A stretch of 64,000 nt of DNA from Candidatus Sulfotelmatobacter sp. (GTDB lineage: Bacteria > Verrucomicrobiota > Verrucomicrobiia > Limisphaerales > UBA11358). Location of the stretch: assembly GCA_035503455.1 (NCBI GenBank), contig DATJTK010000174.1, positions 992 through 64,991 on the forward strand. The letters are read 5' to 3'. Below are positions 35,396 through 42,873 of the stretch, piece by piece; within the stretch, counting starts at the first letter, position 1; every line of letters starts with the position of its first letter. Under the pieces are notes generated by a model. It worked only from the letters and a program-made list of their open reading frames with translations. It was not told the DNA's origin and searched no databases. The position numbers and the translations under genes were made by a program.

Positions 35396-36724
35396 TCAAA
35401 CCTGGCCCGGCGTTTTCTCCTCGTAACCTTCATCCGTCTTTTGTTCGATGAGAAGCGCCATCGCATCGGCTGCGGCTTGCTCGTCTGCAAATGTTTTCGT
35501 CTTGGATTGGCCGGCTGAACCAATGCGTCCCCATCGCGTAGTCATGTTGTTGCCCGATTGTGAAACTTCCCAGAATTTGCTGGAGCTGCCTTCGACAAAC
35601 TCGAAGTAGCGGGGTTTGGAATCGCTGCCACCCGAAATCGAAACCGCCGGTGGCGCTTCGGGTTTCGTGGACACCGGCGATTGCACACTTTTAAGGGCGA
35701 CATCATGCCGCACGCCGACCCAACTTGGAAAACGCGGCACGCCCGCGTCAGAAAGCTCCTGGTAGCGAAAGGTCACGGTGGCGCCGATGCCCGGCGGATT
35801 CTCGCGTTCGCCGTCGCTGAAACCCGTGCCAATGGCGAAATCGGCGCCATCCGGCAGGCGCACCAACAACGCGCCCATTCGTCCCTTATGGCGTCCCGCG
35901 CCGGCCTGATGCCCAATGACAATGGCTTCCGCATCATGAAACGTTTTGACCTTCAGCAGCGTGGTTGAGCGGCCGGCAACATACTTCGATCCCGGTTGCC
36001 GGAGCATTAGCCCCTCGCCTCCGAGTGCCTCGACGCGCTTCAGTTCCGCGCGCAGGGCATCCAGGTTTTTGCATCGTTCGTGGACATGCTCCCGGGCGAA
36101 TTTTGCCACGGCCCTTGCAAGCGCATCCTTCAGAAAGGCAAGACGCTCCTCGAAACCGCCATTCGCCGCGGGCGCATCGAAGATGAGAAAGCGCACTTCC
36201 TTCCAAAGCTCGTTCTTGTCCTGGCGCCGGACGATGCTGACGGTGCGTTGAAACTTCTTGCGGTCAATCCAAAGTTCCCCATCAAGCGGCACCGCGGGCA
36301 GACCCTCAATGAACCAATCCGGCGCGTAATAGATGTGGCCCTGGCGCGAAAGAAATTGTTTGCCGTCCCAATAGGCGCGCACACCGTCGAGTTTTTCGCT
36401 CATCCACCAGCCGGACAAATCGGCGGCGTTGTCCCAACTCTCAGCCAGCAACAGCGGCGGGCCGGAATCAGCGTCCGCTTCACCGTCCGCAGTCTGCGCT
36501 GCGCGAACAGGACGTTGCGGCAATGCGCCACCGATGCGCGCTTCCTCCGCCGCATCTCCGCGCAGTTTGCGCAGGTGCTTGCAGGTCCTTTTCTCGATTC
36601 CGATGGATTGGTTGCGCCAGGCCGGGCAAGTGCATGAATAAACGCCACCGGTATTTTTTAAAACGTAAGGCTTCGCTCCCGAGCCCTGCATTTCCGTTGA
36701 TTCTCCGTCTTGTAGGTCGGGCAT
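35396..36724 (-). CDS. ATP-dependent DNA ligase (LigE/minimal type) with N-terminal SWIM zinc finger and C-terminal WGR domain
   Basis: 442 aa. SWIM motif YSCTCPAWRNQSIGIEKRTCKH (C31-x-C33-x14-C48-x-H50, nt about 36575-36634). Adenylation motif MSEKLDGVRAYW (K111, nt 36392-36394), then EGLMLRQ, LLKVKT and an OB region. The C-terminal WGR is YFEFVEGSSSKFWEVSQSGNNMTTRWGRIGSAGQSKTKTFADEQAAADAMALLIEQKTDEGYEE (nt about 35420-35632). Confidence 0.85.
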   Translation of the reverse strand: MPDLQDGESTEMQGSGAKPYVLKNTGGVYSCTCPAWRNQSIGIEKRTCKHLRKLRGDAAEEARIGGALPQRPVRAAQTADGEADADSGPPLLLAESWDNAADLSGWWMSEKLDGVRAYWDGKQFLSRQGHIYYAPDWFIEGLPAVPLDGELWIDRKKFQRTVSIVRRQDKNELWKEVRFLIFDAPAANGGFEERLAFLKDALARAVAKFAREHVHERCKNLDALRAELKRVEALGGEGLMLRQPGSKYVAGRSTTLLKVKTFHDAEAIVIGHQAGAGRHKGRMGALLVRLPDGADFAIGTGFSDGERENPPGIGATVTFRYQELSDAGVPRFPSWVGVRHDVALKSVQSPVSTKPEAPPAVSISGGSDSKPRYFEFVEGSSSKFWEVSQSGNNMTTRWGRIGSAGQSKTKTFADEQAAADAMALLIEQKTDEGYEEKTPGQV

Positions 36725-37098
36725 GGGTGATGGATATTTGAGGGTTGGCGGTTATCTGTGTTGCGTTGTCTTCCAAAAGTATTTGGACGATTTAACTTCT
36801 GTCAATGCCATCGTCCAAATTCATACCTTGAACTCTCCGGCACCGCCAAAGGCGCGCGCCACCATACCAGCCTGGGGCCTCGCCCCAGGATATCGAGCAT
36901 AGAGCACCCCAAGGGCTGAAGGCCCGTCTTATCAATTCGCACCCGGCGAACCAACGTTTGATTCCACGCGTCAAAATCCACAGGTTGATCCATGCTATAA
37001 ATCGCGCCGTTGGCGCTTATCCCATTTCGCCAGGAACATGGGGCGTTGCCCCATGCTGGTATAAAGTGGGCCTTTGGCCCATCATCCCGCCGCTCTAG

Positions 37099-38670
37099 CT
37101 ATTGCTCCGACTCCCTCTTCTTCACCGCTTTCTTCTTCGGTTTGGCCTCCGCACTTTCGGCTTCCGCTGGAACTGGAGCCGCAACCGCAACCGCCTTCGG
37201 TCCGCCGTACAGGTCGAAACCTTTGGTGATATTTTCTTCGATCAACTTTTTCGTCAGCGCCTCGGCCCGAGTCTCAGTGTGGGCGAACAGAGTTGTGACT
37301 TCGAGCGGCGTCTTGCGACCGGCGGAAAAATCCGTCCAAAAGATGACGTAGGGAAATGCCCCAGCCGTCGCGGGCCGCCGTCCGACCACCAGTTTGCGCA
37401 CGGCCAAAGCGCCTTTGACTTCCTTGCTATAAACCTCGCGGCGCACGACTTCGAGGACCGGCAGATTCCGATTGATCAATTCAGGCGCCGCAATCTCGCG
37501 GCCGGAAAGCTGGGCGATCCGCACGGCCTGCGGAGTGAAATCCTTGTCCGCGCGCAGGCGATGAAACGTCGGCAGCAACAACCTCGGACTCGCGGCGAGC
37601 CCGTCAAAACTCCAGCGCTGGTTATTCCAGCCAAAGACCTGCTGTCCGCTGGCTTCCTCGTCGGGCGGCAGAATGTCTTCCGCCTCCACTTCCACGACGA
37701 AACCGGGCTTCACGAAGCGCACGGGACGGCCATCGCTGTCGCTCATCGCCAGCGGCGCATCCACTCGCAGCGTGGACAACCGCCCCAGCCAGTCTACGCG
37801 GTCCTGGTCATTGAAACCCGAGCCGACGCGCGCGATCGATTGCAATTGCAGCCCGCGTTCGCTCGCCGGATAAGCCAAGGCCGTCAGAAGCGACATCATG
37901 CCGTAATTGCCTTCAAACTCGCCTTCCACAAAACCAACTACCGCCGCGTCCACGGTCCGGCGCGGTTTAAGTTTGCAGACTTCAGGCCGATCCAACCGGC
38001 GGATGACGAGACCTTCCAGCCCGCCGGAAGTCTTCTGATCAAACAGTTTCGGCAGGTCCGCGCCGCTCACCTCGCCACCTTCGGCGCGATGTACCAGCTT
38101 GTCCATATTGGTGCCGGCCAATTCGCCGATTAATTTCCAAATCGTGAGAAAATCAGATTGATGCACGCGCAGGTCGCGTCCGTCGTGCATAATTACATCG
38201 AGCACGGCCAGGCGGAAGCGGCCCGCATCGGCCGGGTCATTGGAATAACTGGCGCGCGTGACGTCAGCGCTCGCGCAACGGCGGCCATCCACAGTCTCGC
38301 GAAGATAAAGTTCGGCGCGCAATAGCGCTTTCTTCGTACCGTGCGCCTTGAGATTCGCCGCCAACTCCTTCAAACACGGCAGTCCGACACGAGCCCGACC
38401 CGATGGCGCATTGAATGTGAAGATGTCCGGACTGCGTCCCGCTTCAAAATATACGAACACACCTTCCCCATCGTATTTGGTGGTTTCGAGCACGCGACTG
38501 TCCGGGCCGTAACGCGCGGGCAGGTCCGCGGGTTTGATGGCAATGAAACGATTCGAGACTTCGACGTCGTATTGCTCGGCCACTTCCATGAGCACGCGGT
38601 CGGTCACGGCGGCGCGCGGCCCGAAGGCGTAGTCGCCGCTCTTTTTGGTCAATCTGGCCAGGTCAATCAT
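37099..38670 (-). CDS. ATP-dependent DNA ligase (nucleotidyltransferase + OB) with about 130-aa C-terminal extension and Lys-rich tail
   Basis: 523 aa with motif I ETTKYDGEG (K65, nt 38476-38478), LRAELY, EGLVIRR, CKLKPRR and motif VI-like PTFHRLRADKD. The tail is AEAKPKKKAVKKRESEQ. Its start overlaps the upstream stop (ATGA at 38667-38670). Confidence 0.8.
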   Translation of the reverse strand: MIDLARLTKKSGDYAFGPRAAVTDRVLMEVAEQYDVEVSNRFIAIKPADLPARYGPDSRVLETTKYDGEGVFVYFEAGRSPDIFTFNAPSGRARVGLPCLKELAANLKAHGTKKALLRAELYLRETVDGRRCASADVTRASYSNDPADAGRFRLAVLDVIMHDGRDLRVHQSDFLTIWKLIGELAGTNMDKLVHRAEGGEVSGADLPKLFDQKTSGGLEGLVIRRLDRPEVCKLKPRRTVDAAVVGFVEGEFEGNYGMMSLLTALAYPASERGLQLQSIARVGSGFNDQDRVDWLGRLSTLRVDAPLAMSDSDGRPVRFVKPGFVVEVEAEDILPPDEEASGQQVFGWNNQRWSFDGLAASPRLLLPTFHRLRADKDFTPQAVRIAQLSGREIAAPELINRNLPVLEVVRREVYSKEVKGALAVRKLVVGRRPATAGAFPYVIFWTDFSAGRKTPLEVTTLFAHTETRAEALTKKLIEENITKGFDLYGGPKAVAVAAPVPAEAESAEAKPKKKAVKKRESEQ

Positions 38671-39371
38671 GTTGCGGACGCCGGCGCTGCCGGCCGTTTG
38701 AGTTCCTGATCCGACAACAACAACAGCAGACGATAACGCGCATCGTCGCCCTTACCCTCCACTTCACCATAAAGAAATCCGCGAAACGGCGTGCCTCCGT
38801 CACGCAGCACCAGCGGCCCCGCGCCTTTCGGGCCGGCGCCCACGAGCGCCATGCTTTGGCTTTCCTGCAGCGACTTCGCCAGGCCATGAAGAAAATCAAA
38901 CGTCAAGCCGTCGGTATGGACAAGCTGTTGCATCCCGCGAAAGACAAATTTCGTCAGGCATTCCTTCACCGGCATGCGGCGAACGATTTTCAGCGGCTGC
39001 GTCGTGTCCACGTTCGCCGTGCGGAATACGCGGCTGCGCCGCTCCTTCTCCTGTCCGTCCGGCGCGTAAACCACCTCGACCTCCTTGAATTCAGTCGCGA
39101 TCGCCGGCTGCGCGCTGCGGGTATCGAGGTAAACCGCTGTTGCGTCGCGCATCAATCGACCCGCAAGCTGGAAATCCAACTCCGGATCGCCCTCAATCAA
39201 TTGCGCGGAATTCGCGGACGCCATGAAGTTTTGCCCATTCAACGCCTGCACGCGTTTGACTTTGCCTGCGCTGGTCACCTGCTCCAGCGGCGCGGCGTTC
39301 TTCTCAGCCATGGGCGAACTTAGGCCCACGCGCGCGCTACGGCCTTCGTTTTCGAGATGAAGCGTGAACAT
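38667..39371 (-). CDS. Hypothetical protein (orphan), second gene of the ligase operon
   Basis: 234-aa ORF, translationally coupled to the ligase gene, with no recognisable motif. Its composition looks like a real protein rather than an antisense artefact. Confidence 0.6.
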   Translation of the reverse strand: MFTLHLENEGRSARVGLSSPMAEKNAAPLEQVTSAGKVKRVQALNGQNFMASANSAQLIEGDPELDFQLAGRLMRDATAVYLDTRSAQPAIATEFKEVEVVYAPDGQEKERRSRVFRTANVDTTQPLKIVRRMPVKECLTKFVFRGMQQLVHTDGLTFDFLHGLAKSLQESQSMALVGAGPKGAGPLVLRDGGTPFRGFLYGEVEGKGDDARYRLLLLLSDQELKRPAAPASAT

Positions 39372-39386
39372 GTTTCCTCCGTTACG

Positions 39387-39962
39387 TTACATCATGCTGA
39401 AATCCAGCGGATCAGCCGCTTCCTCGGCGCCGCCCGCCGGGGCATCAAAAAATTGATACGCCACAGTGCGCCCGGCCATCGGGCAGGCTTTGAGCTGGCC
39501 CACGAGAAGAAACGCGCCATCATCGCGCACGAGCAGCAGGACATCGCGCGGGCGCGCCGACTTGCGATAATTGAAAGTTCCTCGATAGAGGCCAGGAGCA
39601 AGCCCGCCCGCGTCAACGGGATAAACATCCGTCGTCAGGAAACGCGCGAGCGTCTCCAGCGGCACGGCTTCGAGCGGTTCGCCGCCATCGAACGAACTTG
39701 GACGCAACTCAAGTTTCTGTCCGGCGCAATGAATCTCCGGCGTTTCCGCGGGCGAACCGTCATTGTCCACCGAAGTCATCGCCACCTGGCTTTTGCGAAG
39801 AGTCGCGCCATCGGGCAACAGCCAGCCGCGCTCAAGCCGCTGTCCGTTTTGCTCGACGACATGGTCCACGCGCCCGTAAAGGTCGTCCTTGCCAATTTTG
39901 GATTCGAGAGTGGCGGCGATTTCCTTGCCACCGACAGAAAGCTTTAATGATTTAGCAGCCAT
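39387..39962 (-). CDS. Hypothetical protein (orphan), first gene of the ligase operon
   Basis: 191-aa ORF lying 15 nt upstream of the next gene, with no recognisable motif and an acidic C-terminus (GGAEEAADPLDFSMM). Confidence 0.6.
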   Translation of the reverse strand: MAAKSLKLSVGGKEIAATLESKIGKDDLYGRVDHVVEQNGQRLERGWLLPDGATLRKSQVAMTSVDNDGSPAETPEIHCAGQKLELRPSSFDGGEPLEAVPLETLARFLTTDVYPVDAGGLAPGLYRGTFNYRKSARPRDVLLLVRDDGAFLLVGQLKACPMAGRTVAYQFFDAPAGGAEEAADPLDFSMM

Positions 39963-40050
39963 AGTGACTGACTCTGATTCAACTGTTTACGATCAACCCG
40001 GAACAATTAGCTTTGGATATCAGGTTTGGCGAAAATCCCGTTAAAGTCAA

Positions 40051-40160
40051 GACCCTCCAAAACATCAGACCCTCCAAAACATCGAACATCGAACATCGAA
40101 CGCTGAACATCGAATTCATTCTGCGCGTTCGATGTTGGGCGTTCGATGTTCGATGTTTCC
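40051..40160. repeat. Heptamer-repeat palindrome in the divergent promoter region
   Basis: gaccctccaaaacatc occurs twice (40051-40083). The left arm aaacatcgaacatcgaacatcgaacgctgaacatcgaa (40077-40114), a 13-nt loop, and the right arm ttcgatgttgggcgttcgatgttcgatgtttcc (40128-40160) form an imperfect inverted repeat of about 33 nt. Confidence 0.75.
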
Positions 40161-40238
40161 CTTCCTCCTTTCCTCATTCCTTTCTCCGAAAAATAATCTG
40201 GCTGACACACTGCCAAACGGCCACATTAAGAAATTTAA

Positions 40239-40976
40239 ATGGTCAACGAATCGCATCCTGAAATCAGTTTCGTCGTTCCTTGTTATAATGAAGAAGGCAA
40301 TTTACGCGAACTTTTCAAGGCCATCCGCGCCGTCATCGAGCCGCTGAATATTTCCTACGAAATCCTGGTCACCGACGATCGCAGCGCCGATAAATCCTGG
40401 GAAATCTTAAAGGAATTCGCGGCGGCGGACAACCGCGTCCGGATCTTTCGGCTGGAGATCAACCGCGGTGAATCCGCCGCGCAATGGGTCGCCATGAAAG
40501 CCGCGAAGGGGAAATACATCGTCACGCTGGACGCCGATTTGCAAAATGATCCCAAGGACCTGCCCAAATTCCTGGAAGCGCTCAAAGGCTACGATTGCGT
40601 TTGCGGTTCCCGCGTGGCCGTGCGCGCGCAATCGGATAGTTTTGTGAAAGTCGCATCTTCGCGCATCGCCAATTGGGTGCGCAATAAACTCTCAGACGAA
40701 AATATTTCCGATGCCGGCTGCTGTTACCGCGCCTTCAAACGCGAGTGCATCGACGATTTGAAGTTTTTCAAAGGAATGCACCGGTTCATGCCCACGCTCA
40801 TAAAAATGGAAGGCTTTACCGTGACTGAGATCCCCATCTCGAGCAATCCACGCTTCGCCGGCCAGAGCAATTACGGCGTCTGGAACCGGTTATTTGCTTC
40901 GTTTTACGATCTGCTGGCCGTGCGCTGGATGAAAAAGCGCATGTTCAAAATTAAGGTGGCGGAGAAAATAAATTAG
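40239..40976 (+). CDS. Glycosyltransferase family 2 (polyprenyl-phosphate sugar transferase-like)
   Basis: 245 aa with ISFVVPCYNEEGNL, TDDRSAD, the DADLQNDP (DxD) motif and a C-terminal amphipathic region, as in DPM1/ArnC-like enzymes. Confidence 0.88.
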   Translation: MVNESHPEISFVVPCYNEEGNLRELFKAIRAVIEPLNISYEILVTDDRSADKSWEILKEFAAADNRVRIFRLEINRGESAAQWVAMKAAKGKYIVTLDADLQNDPKDLPKFLEALKGYDCVCGSRVAVRAQSDSFVKVASSRIANWVRNKLSDENISDAGCCYRAFKRECIDDLKFFKGMHRFMPTLIKMEGFTVTEIPISSNPRFAGQSNYGVWNRLFASFYDLLAVRWMKKRMFKIKVAEKIN

Positions 40977-40984
40977 CTCGAATC

Positions 40985-41147
40985 GTAGCGCAGGTTTCCA
41001 AACCTGCTGTATCGCGGGTTTCTAAACCCGCTGATCGTACGAAGTCGGACGCTCGTCCGATTTAAGAACGATCGAGGGACCGGGCAACGTCGCGCGGCCA
41101 GCCGATTTGGAAATCGGCGATACGGCAGGTTTGGAAACCTGCGCTAC
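40985..41147. repeat. MITE/REP-like element, full copy (same family as 34092-34272)
   Basis: The ends read gtagcgcaggtttccaaacctgctgtatcgcgggtttctaaacccgc... and ...gccgatttggaaatcggcgatacggcaggtttggaaacctgcgctac. It lies between convergent genes, and its right terminus supplies the GH57 stop codon. Confidence 0.7.
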
Positions 41148-42751
41148 AGCCAATAATTCCAATTCGCGTTGGGAAAAATATTATCGCGCGACTCGATCTC
41201 GTGCAGCCAGCGCTCGTCTATGCTTGTGGACGTCAATTGGTCGTGCAGGCCGATAAAATTTAACAAGTGCTGTTTGACGCGGCGACGGGCGTAATCCGGG
41301 CTCGTGCCGGCCCGCAAAATGAACGGCCAATCGCTGGATTGCGCCAGCAATAGTTCGCGCGCAGCCTGGCGCAGGGCCCGGCCTTTCAGGTCGGCCGCTT
41401 TGGACGTTTTTTTGGCGGGACTGCCCACGAGCGTCTTTTGAAATTTTTCCGCCAGGCCGCTCATTCGTTCCTGCGCGATTTGCAAGTGCGGCAGAATCCA
41501 TTCGTTTTTGTCATTCAGCCACGCGCGCATGTAGCCTTCTTCGCCCCATGTCGAGCCGCTGGGCGTCGCGATTTGATTTGTCGGATGGCGTCGCAGATAA
41601 TCTCCCGGTGTGATGAGTTCAACGACTTTTTGGTCATGAACCAGTTTTCGCGCGAAGAAATTCAGAAACTCCACGCCTTCATGCCACCAATGCCCGAATA
41701 ACTCAGCGTCATACGGCGCAACAACGAGCGGCGGCCGGTCCAAAAGCCCGGTCAACCGCTCGATTTGGCCGACCCGTTCGTTCAGGAAATGTTGAGCGTG
41801 TTCGTCAGCCGTCCGCACGGCGTCCTCGCGCTGGTATATCTGTTTTTCGCCGGCGCCGGTGATTTTGTAATATTTGATGCCCGTGAATCCCCGGGTTTCC
41901 GGCGATGGCAGGTGCGGTTTGATATAATCAAAATCCAGGTCGAAGCCGATGTCGCGGTAAAAATCACGGTACCGCGGGTCGCCGGGATACCCCTCGCGCT
42001 GGCTCCAAACCTGGCGCGACGAATCGAAATCGCGTCCAAAAGCGGCGAGGCCGTTGGGCGTGAAAACAGGCGCGAACGTGCCAAACCGTGGACGCGGGTT
42101 TGCGTACAAAATCCCATGCGTGTCCAGGATGAACCATCGGATGTTCGCCTCCTGCAAAAAGGTTTCGACTCCCGGCACATAAGCGCATTCGGGCAGCCAG
42201 ATGCCGCCGGGATCGCGTCCAAAACAATTTCTGTAGTCGTCACGCGCAGTGAGGATTTGCGCGCGGATGGACGGCGGATGGTTCGCCAGCAACGGCAGCA
42301 GCGCATGGGTTGCTGCCGTGGTGATGATTTCGATGCGCCCCTCATCCTGGAGCTGTTTGAACGCATGAATGAGGTTGCCCCCGCAATTGCGCCAGGTATC
42401 GCGGACACCGCTGAAGCGATGGTGATACATCCACGCCAATTCGCGGAACTGGCGGTCCCAATGCGTCCGCCGGATTTCTTTCTCAGCCAGATCGATCAAA
42501 CCGTCCAGGTGCGCTTCGTAACGGCGGCACAGAAGCTGATCCAGCAGCATGGCACAGAGCGGCGGAGACAGGGAAATCGTGACCGGCGCGGTCATCCGGT
42601 CGCGGCGCCAGCCTTCCAGCATTTGAAGCAACGGAATATAGGTTTCCGTCACGGCCTCAAACAGCCAGCTTTCCTCCAGAAATTTTTCGTGTTCCGGATG
42701 GCGCACAAACGGCAGATGCGCGTGCAATACCAGGGCGAAATATCCTCGCAT
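41144..42751 (-). CDS. Glycoside hydrolase family 57 / 1,4-alpha-glucan branching enzyme-like (DUF1957-containing)
   Basis: 535 aa. MRGYFALVLHAHLPFVRHPE...ESWLFEAVTETYIPLL...PYDAELFGHWWHEG is the GH57 branching-enzyme pattern. Confidence 0.88.
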   Translation of the reverse strand: MRGYFALVLHAHLPFVRHPEHEKFLEESWLFEAVTETYIPLLQMLEGWRRDRMTAPVTISLSPPLCAMLLDQLLCRRYEAHLDGLIDLAEKEIRRTHWDRQFRELAWMYHHRFSGVRDTWRNCGGNLIHAFKQLQDEGRIEIITTAATHALLPLLANHPPSIRAQILTARDDYRNCFGRDPGGIWLPECAYVPGVETFLQEANIRWFILDTHGILYANPRPRFGTFAPVFTPNGLAAFGRDFDSSRQVWSQREGYPGDPRYRDFYRDIGFDLDFDYIKPHLPSPETRGFTGIKYYKITGAGEKQIYQREDAVRTADEHAQHFLNERVGQIERLTGLLDRPPLVVAPYDAELFGHWWHEGVEFLNFFARKLVHDQKVVELITPGDYLRRHPTNQIATPSGSTWGEEGYMRAWLNDKNEWILPHLQIAQERMSGLAEKFQKTLVGSPAKKTSKAADLKGRALRQAARELLLAQSSDWPFILRAGTSPDYARRRVKQHLLNFIGLHDQLTSTSIDERWLHEIESRDNIFPNANWNYWL

Positions 42752-42873
42752 CGGTCTATTGAAACAAGTTTGCGCTTAACGTTCAAGGTTTCGCGGGGCC
42801 ATCGGTCGGATCCGTCCGATCCGTCGGATCTTCCCTTGAATCGCCTCCCATTTTTGACTTATTCTCGTCTCGT

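Noticed and set aside
37102-38133. 343-aa plus-strand ORF
   Set aside because: It is antisense to the 523-aa ligase, whose KxDG and following motifs are on the minus strand.
40077-40160. Possible CRISPR-like array (also 9317-9340 and 11998-12037)
   Set aside because: The units are contiguous 7-nt catcgaa repeats without spacers, arranged as a palindrome. No 25-40-nt repeat/spacer periodicity is present and there are no cas genes.
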